Below, piece by piece: positions 39,801 through 51,262 of a stretch of 64,000 bases of DNA (position 1 is the stretch's first letter; every line of letters begins with the position of its first letter). The notes beneath the pieces were generated by a model. That model ran no database searches. It had not been told where the DNA came from and saw nothing but the letters and a program-made list of their open reading frames with translations. This DNA is from Scyliorhinus canicula (lineage: Eukaryota). The stretch lies in NCBI RefSeq assembly GCF_902713615.1, contig NC_052154.1, positions 142,083,263 through 142,147,262 on the forward strand, in the 5' to 3' direction. The position numbers were made by a program, and so were the translations under genes.

Positions 39801-42615
39801 ATGCGCTGAAGCCTGGGCGTCATGACATTCAAGTCCTTATGAATGATATGAACCAAGGGTCTGTGGTCAGTCTCGACTGTGAATGTTGGTAGACCGTAGA
39901 CGTAGTCATGGAACTTTACAATGCTGGTTAGGAGGCCCAGGTACACTTTTTCTATCTGGGCGTACCTCTGTTCAGTACGAGCCATGACCCTTGACGCATA
40001 AGCAACTGGAACCCAGGACTAGGCACCAATGCCGTCCTGGCTTACGTCTGTGGAGATTTTTGTTTCCCTGTCAAGGTCAAAAAACGCTAGTACCGGAACA
40101 CTGATGAGCTTTGCTTTGAGCTCGAGCCACTCTGCTTGGTGTGTGGGTAGCCACTAGAATGCAATGGACTTCTTTATCAGATGCCTCAGAGCCGTGGTGT
40201 GTGAGGACATGTTGGGAATTAATTTTCCCAAGAGGTTCACCATTCCGAGGAAGCATAGTACCACCTTTTTGTCTTCCAGGGTCTTCATGGCGTTAATGGC
40301 CTTGACCTTGTCCGAATCTGGTTACACCCTGCTGGGATATCTGGTCGCCCAAGAACTTGATGGATGACATGCCAAAGGAACACTTGGCTTTGTTCAGCTT
40401 GAGGCCATTTGCATGGACACGTCAAAAGACTTGTTTGAGATGAGATATGTGTTCTTCTGGGGTCGTGGGCCATATGATTACATCATCTACGTAGACACGC
40501 ACACCCTGAATGCCCTCCATTATCTGCTCCATGATCCTGTGGAAGATTTCAGAGGCTGAGACAATGCTGAACAGCATAAGGTTATAACAGTACCTGCCAA
40601 ATGGTGTGTTGAAGGTGCAGAGCTTCCTGCTGGACTCATCCAGTTGTATCTGCCAGAAACCACGTGATGCATCTAGCTTCGTGAAGAATCTGGCATGTGC
40701 CATCTCACTGGTCAGTTCCTCACGCTTCGGGATTGCGTAGTGTTCCCGCATTATGTTCTGGTTAAGATCTTTGGGATCTATGCATATCCGCAACTCTCCT
40801 GAGGGCTTCGTCGCACAGACCATCGAGCTGACCCAGTCAGTCGGTTCTGTTACTTTGGATATAATGCCCTGGTCTTGGAGTTCCTGTAGCTGTGCCTTTA
40901 AACGGTCCTTCAGAGGAGCCGACACCCGGCGTGCTGCATGGATTACAGGCGTGGCATCAGACCTGAGTTGGATCTTGTAGCAGTATGGCAGAGTTCCCAT
41001 TCCATCAAGCATATCTAGATATTGAGCCAGGGTGTCATCAATGTCAGCCTGAAGATCCACGTTGGCAGAAGAAGACATGGTATGGACTCGCTGTACGAGG
41101 TTGAGTAGCTTGCATGCATGGGCACCCAGCAGGGATGCCTTATCAGGCTTGACTGTTTTGAATCTCAGTGTGACATTGATGGTCTTGTTGGAGATGGATA
41201 GGTGACAAGATCCTAGTGCAGTTATGGCATTGCCATTATAATTGAGGAGCTGGCAGGCTGGCGGAAGAATTTTGGGTAGCTTTTTAATGCGGGCAAGATC
41301 AGCCTGAGAGATGAGATTGGCAGAAGCACCAGTGTCCAGCTTGAACTGGATGCTGCATTGATTTACGTGTATGACCGCACGCCATTCGTCCACGGAATCC
41401 ACATTGAGGATAGATAGGCATCTTTCTGAATTTGAGGAGGCATACTCGCAAGTAGTAATGATGTCCACAGGATAGGGGGACTCCAGGCAGTCGTCCTCTG
41501 GATCCATAGGGCTACCAGGATCAGAATCCAATAAACCTTGCTGTACATATCGAACGCGCTTGCGTTGGAATTGGGATCGCTGGCCCTTGACTGGTGGTGC
41601 AGACCTGCACAAGGCTGCATGATGTCCAGGCTTCCCGCAATTTAAACATTGCCTGCCTTTTGCAGGGCATTGCCGCTTTAAGTGTGCGGTGCCGCAGTTC
41701 GGGCACGTCATGACGTTGACGTCGTTACACTCCGTGCGTCGTCGCACATGCGCAGTGCGGTCAGCTGACGTTCGCACCTGCACAGTTTGATTTCAGCCGC
41801 TTCGTTCTCCCGTTCGTGTTGCGCATGTGTGGGGCCCCGGGAAAAGCGCGCAAAATGGCCGCTTTCATTGATACTGAGGCGCTGCATCCGGGCGATGGCC
41901 TGTACACTCTGCCTCGTGGGAGGCAAGTTTTTCGTATTCTGCTGATTTGAGTCGGGAATACCGATTTCTCGCATGCTCATGCACTATACACGTCTCGATT
42001 GCCTGTCTGTATCTCATTATGTGCATGAGTGCATATCATGACACAGCAGAGTACTCATCAGCTGAGAAAAGGACTCTATGGTCCCCCAGCCGCATGTTCC
42101 TCGGCAGCGCACCGTTCACTGGCAGCAGGGTTCTCTCTTCCCCCTGCTTGTCAATGGGACTTCCCATTAAAGCCACCTCACGCCGCCCGGAAACTCGCTG
42201 GCGGGGGTGCGCAGCCAGCCGACGAAGACAATCCCGTCGACCGGAGACTGGCCATGATCTCATTTGCAATGTACAAGATTCCGAAGGGCTGACAGGCTCG
42301 CGACTGAAAGGTTATTTGCCTGACTGGGGAATCTAGGACACAAAAACCCAGCCACATGGTATACCGGGTTGATCATTTAAGACGGATAAGGAAAAATGTC
42401 TTCACTTGGTTATGAAACTTTAATTCTCAATCCCAGAGTGTTGTGGATTCACCATCATTAAATATTTAAAGACTGAGATTGATAGATTTTTGATCTCTCA
42501 GGGAATCGAGTGGTATGGGGTGGGGGGGTTGGAAAATAAAGTTCTGACAGAAAGTTAGCCATGATCACACTGAATGGCGTAGCAGGCTTAAGGTTCTTCC
42601 TCCTGTTTCTTATGT
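36880..42615 (+). mobile_element. Old CR1 RT/3' fragment split at 37592/42256 by a local duplication, a Gypsy element and a MITE
   Basis: gaaaatgagagggg (to ~37592) rejoins gatctcatt...tacaagatt (42256); flanks resemble the CR1 C-terminus and 3' UTR. Confidence 0.65.
37813..42042 (-). mobile_element. Gypsy/Ty3 LTR retrotransposon A (decayed; most of the 5' LTR and gag deleted)
   Basis: 3' LTR 37813-38235 (TG...CA) with PPT aaaaaggggaga; 5' LTR stub ~42000-42042; TSD CAGCA. Two CCHC knuckles, protease LDTGA, RT YVDD, RNase H TDHRPL, integrase SDNGP...SNGKVE. Confidence 0.93.
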
Positions 42616-42699
42616 TGGTGAAGTGATTCTAAGGTGCCCATGTGACAAAAAATATCTGTTCCCCTCGGATTACACAGCCAGGGTCTGTAAACACAGAGA

Positions 42700-43330
42700 T
42701 GTTTTGCAGAAATCCGCCGTGGCCGAAATAACGCCAGCAGAAAATCTCACTAGACGGGTGAAACGAGACTTTCGGCAGCAAGATCTCAATTTCTGATTTT
42801 CCCCACCTGCCGCTGGTGATGTAAGTGGGCGGGAGCCTAACTTAAATCCATTTTAATAAATGTACATCTACTTATAGGGCTTCACGCCATATTTTCCACA
42901 AATTAAGACTTCCCCATCGGCAAGGTTTACAACTGCTTTCGCAAAACATGAAGCAGTCGAGAGGAACCCGCCGGGGGCGCCAATGTAAGTGTACCCCAGG
43001 GGCAGAGGGGCTGACCACTGGCACCCTGGCACTCCTAACCTGGCTGTGACAGAATAGCACAGCCAGGGTGACACTGCAGGTGCAGTGGCAGGATGGGCCT
43101 TCTGGGGAGCTCCAATGGTGGGGGGGGGGGGGGGGGGGGGGGGGGGGAGAGGGGGGGGGGGGGGGTTCCCCTTATGTGGGGCAGAGTGTTGCCCTGTTGC
43201 TAGTTGGGGGAAGTATCTTTTTCAACACAGTAGGCGGCGCCAGAGCCAGGTCCCGCCTCGCGAGTATGACGGCAAATTTTCTGTGCACAGAGCGCCAGAG
43301 AACCTGGAGAGAAAATCCATTGTGCAGATG
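42700..43330. mobile_element. Harbinger-type MITE
   Basis: GC-rich with a poly-G tract and ggcac repeats like sibling MITEs. Confidence 0.5.
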
Positions 43331-43546
43331 GAGAACTGCACACCGGCTTTCTCGCCTCAGCGTGAGCTCTTCAAAATGCCATCAAGTGACCTCGAACAAA
43401 TACCACGTTGTCTGATATGGCATGTAATGGCTTGAGTTCATTCTGTCCTAGATGTATACCACCAGCAATTTACAACATTTGTTAAAAAGTCTCAGCAATC
43501 CTGCCAAGTGAATTTCCCCAAGATTACTTGTTGCTACCAGTATTTA

Positions 43547-43791
43547 CAGTAAGAAGTCTTACAACACCAGGTTAAAGTCCAACAGGATTATTTGGAATCA
43601 CTAGTTTTCGGAGCGCAGCTCCTTCATCAGGTGAGTGAAGAGATAGGTTACACAAACACCTATCTCTTCACTCACCTGATGAAGGAGCAGTGCTCCGAAA
43701 GCTAGTGATTCCAAACAAACCTGTTGGTCTTTAACCTGGTGTTGTAAGACTTCTTACTGTGCCCACCCCAGTCCAATGCCGGCATCTCCAC
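43547..43791. mobile_element. Inverted Penelope pseudo-LTR pair (palindrome)
   Basis: Arms 43547-43648 and 43658-43759 with a 9-nt spacer; matches the pLTR at 2054-2190; 11-bp TSD acc(a/g)gtattta. Confidence 0.9.
43672..43708 (+). ncRNA. Minimal type I hammerhead ribozyme motif
   Basis: TCAC-CTGATGA-A-GGAGC(agt)GCTCC-GAAA-GC-TA^GTGA: stem I TCAC/GTGA, stem II, palindromic AGCT stem III. Confidence 0.75.
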
Positions 43792-44095
43792 ACCGGTATT
43801 TAGGAACAAAAGGTTTAAATAAAAATATTTTAAACCTAACCTTCATTATTTGTGATTAATTTTTTTTTCGAAGTATAAAAATGCCTGTGTTATATTGATT
43901 TTGATATTAGTGTTAACAATTCAGTGACTTGGGCTGTAGTTCAGTTAGCTGAGCCCTTTGGCATTCAATTTACGGAGGTGCCATCCATTCTCTTATCACA
44001 TGCTGCCACTCTGGTGGCTACTTATGTTACAGTGAACAACATCATTTCAAAATAAACATTGCTCATTATAATATTACTTAAAAGTTTCAAATGTG

Positions 44096-44681
44096 GGTCT
44101 GGATTCTCCGTTCTGGAGACTAAGTCCCCACGCCGGCGTGAAAACTGTGGCATTTTATGCCAGGAAAAGTGACGCAAAAAGGCCACCGATTACCTGTTCC
44201 CGGGGGGTGGGGAGTGGGTAGCAGCCAGGCAGGGTAGAGCTCCCAGCTCTAGCTGCCGATACGGCCTGGAGAGTTGCCGTGGCCGCGCATGTGCACGACA
44301 GTGGTCTGCAGCAGCCACGCCGTGCTTCTTGTCGGATGCCGCTCGCGAATCGGGCCCGCAAAATGGTCCACCCTTCAGCCGGCTAGCACGCTCCGGACCG
44401 GCCCATCACAGTGCCCCCAGCCCCGAATAATGCCCCCCCTGCCCACGGCCCTCCCCTGTCTGTGGCTGCCCTGGGCTGAGTCCACAGCCGACATGCTGAG
44501 TTCCCGACGGGTGAGACCACACGTGTCCCACGCCATCGGGAATTTGGCCGGTCAAGGACGGAGCATCGCGGGGCGGGCCTCAGCCAACGTTTGGAGGTCG
44601 ATCCCGATTTTGGCATCATCAGGGATTCTCCGCCCCATCGCTGAACGCAATTTCACCGCCAGGGATCGGAGAATCAAGACC
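44096..44681 (+). mobile_element. Harbinger MITE, TSD GTG
   Basis: TIRs ggtctggattctccg / cggagaatcaagacc. Confidence 0.85.
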
Positions 44682-44909
44682 GTGATTTCCATTTTCTGAT
44701 TGCCAGTCTTATTTATGATGTCTGCAAAATGTTCTGTGAAGGCTACCAAAGTACAACCAGTACCAAATCATTCACAGCGCAGTGCTACCGCTGGAGGCAA
44801 GGCTGTGACAGACAAAAGATCTGCACTCTAAATATAGCATGGAAAAACCCGCTGTGGTAATGAAAGCCAAAAGAATTCTTGAATTGAGCTACTGAATGTC
44901 ATTGTTATA

Positions 44910-45249
44910 TACTTTTCCCCTTGGTGGAGGGGTCAATGACCAGGGGGCATAAATTTAAGGTGAGGGAGGCAGGCGGTTTAGTGGGGACGTTTGAAAATCT
45001 TTTTTACCCAGAGGGTGGCAAGAGTTTTGAATTCACTGCCTGAAAGGGTGATGATGACAGAGACCCTCATAACATTTAAGAAGTATTCAGATGTGCAATT
45101 GTGGTCCCAGGGCACACAAGGCTATGAGCCAAGTGCTGGAAAATGGGATTAGAATGGTTAGGTGGTTGTTTTTGACCAGTGTAGATGTGATGGGCCGAAG
45201 GGCCTTTTCTGTGCTGTATGATTCTATAACTCTACGACTCTATATTCTG
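44910..45249 (+). mobile_element. CR1 3' end abutting the USH1C acceptor
   Basis: ttttacccagagggtgg...gggccgaagggccttttctgtgctgtatgattctataactctacgactctata. Confidence 0.88.
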
Positions 45250-45257
45250 TTATAAAG

Positions 45258-45357
45258 GATGGACCATTGGATCTCGCAGTTGAGGGAGGCATCAATTCCC
45301 CACTTGGAAAGATCGTTGTATCGGCAATCTACGATGGAGGTGCTGCAGACAAACATG
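45258..45357 (+). CDS. USH1C: Harmonin exon, PDZ3: [33 protein letters not shown](G)
   Basis: ttctgttataaag|GAT...CATG|gtgaga; 100 nt, phase 0/1; resembles human [34 protein letters not shown]. The next exon was not found in the window. Confidence 0.95.
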
Positions 45358-48157
45358 GTGAGATATTGCTCCTAAGTTCTGGTGTTCTCCTGCATCCAGA
45401 AGATTGAAAAAACCTTGACTTCCACTTCCTAAATCATTTTCCTATTATAGTACTTAATGTACACATGAGAAAATGTCCATCCAATGTTGGTGCAATTTTT
45501 AAAAAAAACTTTTGGTAAAGGTACTTTGGAAATTAAAACATGCAGTATTTCAACCCAACCTTAGTATTTCTCTAACAAACTGATGCGACCATCAATTCAC
45601 GCGAAACAGAGTGTAGATGTAAACTGTGGCTTTAATCAACTGGAACAGTGCCTGCCTGCGACTGCTCTGCTGCTGAGAGTCGCCTACAGGGCTACTGCTC
45701 TTTATACCTCCCCTCAAGGGGGAGCCAGGGCGGAGCCCACAAAGGCACCAACATGATACATCACAGGTAATACCTTACAATGGTCCATAGGTGGAGCCCT
45801 CATGGGCAACAGTATGGTACAGTTACATATATCGTGAATGGTTACTGCAATACGTTCACCACATTCACCCCCTGTTAAAGAAATGAAGTCCGGCGGGGTG
45901 AAGGGTTCACAAGTTAAGCCTGTCCGGCACCCGGATCGCAGCTGGCCCGGGTGTCGAAATTATCCGTGCGGGCATGGGTAGTGAAGTTGCCGGTGCGGGT
46001 ACAGACGCGGACTCCAGGAGCGTGTCTTCTGGAGCTTCGTTCCTGTGGGTCGGTGAAGGGGGAATGGGGGGGCGGGAGGGGGTGCGGGTGCCATGTAGGG
46101 GCAGGGGCGCTGGTCAGCATAGGTTGGACGGGGTAAGTTGGGGTGGCGGTGGTAGTTTGAGGGGAGGTTTGGCTGTAATCTACAACCATCCAGTTCTTTT
46201 CCCTGGTCCTGACGATCACCACCTGAGCTCTCCAGGGGCTATTGCTGGCCTCGATGACTCCCTCCCGCAAGAGTCGCTGGACCTCGGACCTGATGAAAGT
46301 CCTGTCCTGAATGCGATACCGCCTGCTTCTGGTGGCGACTGGTTTGCAGTCAGCGGTGAGATTTGCGAAGAGCGGGGGAGGGTCGACTTTTAGTGTTGTG
46401 AGGCTACATATGGTGAGTGGGGGTAGGGGCCCGCCGAATTTCAGAGTTAGGCTCTTGAGGTTACACTGGCAATCCAGTCCTGACAGGAGATGAGCGAAGA
46501 GGTCGGGGAGTACCTATAGCTTAAAATCGGAGTACTCGGCACCCTATATTGCGAGGGTTGCGGTAGTGCAACCCCGGATCTGCACCGAGTGCGACCCAGA
46601 AGCGAGGGAGATGGTTTGATGTGCCGGGAAGATTGGGAGCGAGCAGCGTCTTACCATGTCTGGATGAATAAAGCTCTCCGTGCTCCCGGAGGTGAACAGG
46701 CAAGGTGTTTCGTGTCCATTTACCCGGACGGTCATCATGGAGCTCCGGGGATGTTTGGGTCGTGACTGGTCCAGGGTGACCACGCTGAGTTGCGGGTAGC
46801 CGGCGTGGTTGGTGGTGCTGGGGTGGTCCCAAGATGGCTGCCCCCGTCGGTTGCACGTGTCGGGTGGCGTTTTTTAGATGGCGGCCAAGATGGCGGACTC
46901 CGTCAGGCGCATGTGTCGAGCGGCGAGGAAGATGGTGTCCAAGATGGCGGCCCCCACAAGTCGCACGTGGCGGGCCGCGTGGGCGAGGATGGCCAAGATG
47001 GCGGCCCCCGTGAGTCGCACATGTTGTGCGGGCTTGGAGATGGCTGCCCCCATGGACAGCACGAGGCCGATGTCGCGTCCGGGGGTGGAGCCGGCAAGCA
47101 AGCTGCTACACTGCGGGCCTGTGAGTCTGAGGGTCGGGCCTGCGATTTTGAGGATTTGGATCTGGCCAGGCAAACCTTAGCAAAATGTCCTTTTTTCCCA
47201 AAGTCGCTGCAGTTCACGTTCCGGGCCGGGCAAAGCTGCCTGGGGTGCTGAAGCTGGCCGCAGAAATAGCAGGGTAGCCCCCCGTGTTGGGTGGGCAGCC
47301 GCACGGCACAGGCCTGGGGTACTCTTTGGTCGGGGGTCCACGAGGGGGTCACGTGATCAGACAGCAACGCGTTGAGGCTTTGGAACACTACATCTAGGGA
47401 GGAGGCTAGCTTTACCGTCTCTTCCAGGTCCAGGGCACCCTTCTCGAGTAGGCACTGTCTCATGTAGTTGGACCTGACTCCAGCCACGTAGGCGTCCCGG
47501 GCGGAGAGGTCCATATGTTGAGTGGCCGTAACGGCCTGGTAGTTGCAACTTCGTGCAAGGACTTTGAGGTCGCGTGGGTACTCCTCCAGCGATTCCCCGG
47601 GGCGGCGAGTAGTGAGGAGATGCCGCGCGCAGACCTTGATGTCAGGTCTTACGTATAGGCGCTTCAGCATCGTGAGAGCGTCTGCGTAAGTGGAGGCTTC
47701 CTCGAGTTGTACAGAGATTCGATGGTTCACCTGGGCATGGAGGAGGCTCAGCTTCTGATCATCGGAGACGGATGGCGAGGAGGAGGCGACGAGGTCGGCC
47801 TCGAAACAGCAGAGCCAGTGCAAAGAAATCCCTTTGGCCTCCGCGGCCTGTGGGTCGAGGTCCAGTCGGTCAGGTTTGAGGGCAGATTCCTTGGTGGTGT
47901 AGTCGATTAAATTGATGCGACCATCAATTCACGTGAAACAGAGTGTAGATGTAAACTGTGGCTTTAATCGACTAGAACAGTGCCTGTCTGCGACTGCTCT
48001 GCTACTGAGAACCGCCTACAGGGCTACTGCTCTTTATACCTCCCCTCAAGGGGGCGGAGCCCACAAAGGAACCAACATGATACATGACTGGTAATACCTT
48101 TCAATGGTCCATAGGTGGAGCCCTCATGGGCAACAGCGTGATACAGTTACATATATG

Positions 48158-50226
48158 GGGCGAAATTCTCCGCAGACCGACGTGACGCAAATTTCCGGCG
48201 GGAAAAAGCGGTGTGCATGACTCCGGCGTCCGGGCCTTCTTTTAAGCTGGCAATCTCCGTTCCCGGAAGGGCCAGCAGCTGACTGACGCGATACGCGTCA
48301 GTTTCACCAGCTGCGGAAGTGGTGAGACCCGGCGTTTTTTGGAGGAGGAGGAGAGAGACAGACCCGGCATTGGGGGGGGGGGGGGTTCCGGCATTGGGGG
48401 GGGGGTTCCGGCATTGGGGGGGGGGGTTCCGGCATTGGGGGGGGGGGGGTTCCGGCATTGGGGGGGGGGGTGGGGGTTCCGGCATTGGGGGGGGGGGTGC
48501 GGCTGCGGGGGGTGGGGGGGGGGGGGGTTGGCGGGCAGCGGCGTGCAGAGAGGGGGGGCGACGGATGCCCGGGGCCAACGCACCGTCGCCCCCCCCCTCT
48601 GTACGCCGCTGCCCCCTACCCCAACCCCCGCCCTCACCACCCCTACCTCCCTCCCCACCCCTACCTCCCTTCCCACCCCTACCTCCCTCCCCACCACTCC
48701 TACCCCCCTCCCCACCACTCCTATCCCCCTCCCCACCACCCCTACCTCCCTCCCCACCACTCCTACCCCCCTCCCCCCACTCCTCCCCCCCTCCCCACCA
48801 CTCCTACCCCCCCTCCCCACCACTCCTACCCCCCTCCCCACCACCCCTACCTCCCTCCCCACCACACCTACCCCCCTCCAACGCCGCCCCCCCCATCTCT
48901 CGCAACGCCGCAACCCCCCCCCTCAACGCCGGTCCCCCCCCCCCCCCAACGCCGGGTCCCCCCCCCCCAACGCCGGTACCCACACCCCCCCCTCCCTCTG
49001 AAGGCCGGTACCCACACCACCCCTCCTCCTCTCCTCCCCCCCTTCCTTCCTCCCCCCCNNNNNNNNNNNNNNNNNNNNNNNNNNNNNNNNNNNNNNNNNN
49101 NNNNNNNNNNNNNNNNNNNNNNNNNNNNNNNNNNNNNNNNNNNNNNNNNNNNNNNNNNNNNNNNNNNNNNNNNNNNNNNNNNNNNNNNNNNNNNNNNNNN
49201 NNNNNNNNNNNNNNNNTCCCCCCCATTCCTTCCTCCGTTAGTGGGGTGGGGGGTGGGGAGGTGCAGCGTTGGAGGGGGGTAGGGGTGGTGAAGGGGGTAG
49301 GGGTGGTGAGGGGGGGTTAGGGTAGGGGCAGCGGCGTGCAGAGGAGGGGGGCGTCTGATGCCCGGGGCCAACGCACCGTCGCCCCCCCTCTGCACGGAGC
49401 TGCCCCTACCCCAACCCCCTCCCCTCACCACCCCTACCCCCTTCACCACCCCTACCCCCCTCCAACGCCGCACCCCCCCACCCCCCACCCCCACTAACGC
49501 CGCACCCCCCCCCCACTAACGGAGGAAGGAAGGGGGGAGGAGGAGAGAGGGGGGGGTGTGTGGGTACCGGCCTTCAGAGGGAGGGGGACGGGGTGTGGGT
49601 ACCGGCGTTGAGAGGGGGGGGGTTGCGGCGTTGAGGGTGGGGGGTTGCGGCGTTGCGAGAGATGGGGGGCGGCGTTGGAGGGGGGTAGGGGTGGTGGGGA
49701 GGGGGGTAGGGGTGGTGGGGAGGGGGGTAGGGGCGTTGGAGGGAGGTAGGGGTGGTGGGGGGGTGGTTGGGGTAGGGGGCAGCGGCGTACAGAGGGGGGG
49801 GCGACGGTGCGTTGGCCGCAACCCCCCCCATGCCGCAACACCCCCCCCCGATGCCGCAACCCCCCCCGATGCCGCAACCCCCCCCCCGATGCCGCAACCC
49901 ACCCCCCCCCCGATGCCGCAACCCAACCCCCGACACTGAACGGCGTCAACCATCATCAATGGTTGAAGCCGTTTTAAAGCAACTTTGATTTTCGCCGACG
50001 TGACCCGTGGCCACGTCGGCGGGACTTCGGCCCATCCGGGCCGGAGATTTGTGGACACTAAAAAAAAATTAAATCCCGCCGGCGCCAGCTGTTTTCAGAG
50101 GCTGCCGGCGGGATTTGCACAACGCCGGTTTTTGGCCGGTGGGAGATTTAAAAACCCTGCGGGAGCGGAAATAACGCCGCTGCCCGCCGATTCTCCGACC
50201 CTGCGTGGGGTCGGAGAATCCCGCCC
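48158..50226. mobile_element. Large Harbinger MITE with G/C-run tandem arrays, TSD ATG
   Basis: TIRs gggcgaaattctcc / ggagaatcccgccc; interrupts the LTR at tatatg|gtgaatgg. Confidence 0.88.
49059..49216. other. Assembly gap (158 N)
   Basis: Run of n inside G/C-rich repeats. Confidence 0.99.
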
Positions 50227-50903
50227 ATGGTGAATGGTTACTGCAATACGTTCATCACACAAACATTTATTATTTTCTACCATTCAATCAATTTATTACC
50301 CAGACCCAAAGTTTACCATGAATTCTCAAGGTTCTGAGTTAACCATTTGCTTCCCATGATGAACTTTGTCAGATATTTCCTGTAACTCGAAGTATAACCT
50401 TTCTCAAGGCTTACATCATTGCTCTTGAGATGTTACTTCTCCAAATAATACAAGGAGATTGGTCAAGGAGGTTTATCTTCTACTAAATCCACACTGTTCT
50501 CTGTTTCCTAAATTACTATTAATTAGATACTTGAAGCTCATACCATTAAGGGTGATGGCTCTGTTATTTCCTATTTCAGATTGTCACCATTGAAAAATAT
50601 GGACACTATTCTGGTCTTTTTCCAAACTACTAGTATCCCAGTACTTTTTCAAAGTAGACAAAATTTGACATTCAAGACACTTACTGAAAAGATAAAGCCA
50701 CAAGAGTTGAACAAAAATAAACTTTCCTGTACAAACTGAAAAAAATTCACAATATCCTGTACCTTAACATTGAGGGTTAATATGAGATACATGTGAATTA
50801 ACAGAAAATCTCTGCTTGAACATTGTACAATAAAAAGCAAATGTGGTCAAGACAGATCCCACAGATTTCTCAGAAACCCACCCAGATGTCAGCTGATACA
50901 TTG

Positions 50904-51262
50904 GGGGCAATTTTTAGGCGCCGATCGTGGGTGGAAAATCCAGAGAGAATCGGGAAACGCAATTCTCTCCGCAGCAACCATGTTTCCTGGTTTTCCCGAT
51001 ACCGTTTCCAGCAACATCATGGAGTTCATGTTCACAAATGGTGGGAGCCTCATTTAAATGGATTATCGTGAATTTTAATATTAGTACCTTTCGCTGGAAT
51101 TCTCCTGTCATCAGGATTCACTTTTCCCGCTGGCAGTGCACCCCCATCAGTGGGTTTTGCTCGGACATTTCGAAGGAAAATGGAGGGGAAGATAGAATCC
51201 TTCTGCCAGTGAATGGCATGCCACCGAGAAACACGGGGCTGGGGGTCGGAGACTCCAGCCCT
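50904..51262. mobile_element. Harbinger-type MITE (possibly composite)
   Basis: Ends ggggcaatttt / ggagactccagccc. Confidence 0.55.

Larger units (their letters stand above)
45581..50259 (-). mobile_element. Gypsy LTR retrotransposon B (internally deleted: gag, protease, start of RT, integrase tail)
   Basis: LTRs 45581-45863 and 47913-50259 (the second split by a MITE); TSD CAAAC; PPT ggggtgaa. gag ESALKPDRLDLDPQ...CYFCG..HPR..CPA..C..GKKGHFAKVC; protease CLFTSGSTESFI; RT SNSPWRAQVV...VVDYSQT. Confidence 0.92.

Noticed and set aside
46825-47055. CRISPR-like repeat-spacer pattern
   Set aside because: Eukaryotic context; the spacers are homologous to each other and in frame with gag.
48147-50058. 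Long Pro/Gly-rich ORFs (extensin- or collagen-like)
   Set aside because: Open in many frames on both strands because of G/C-run repeats inside a MITE; they span an N gap.
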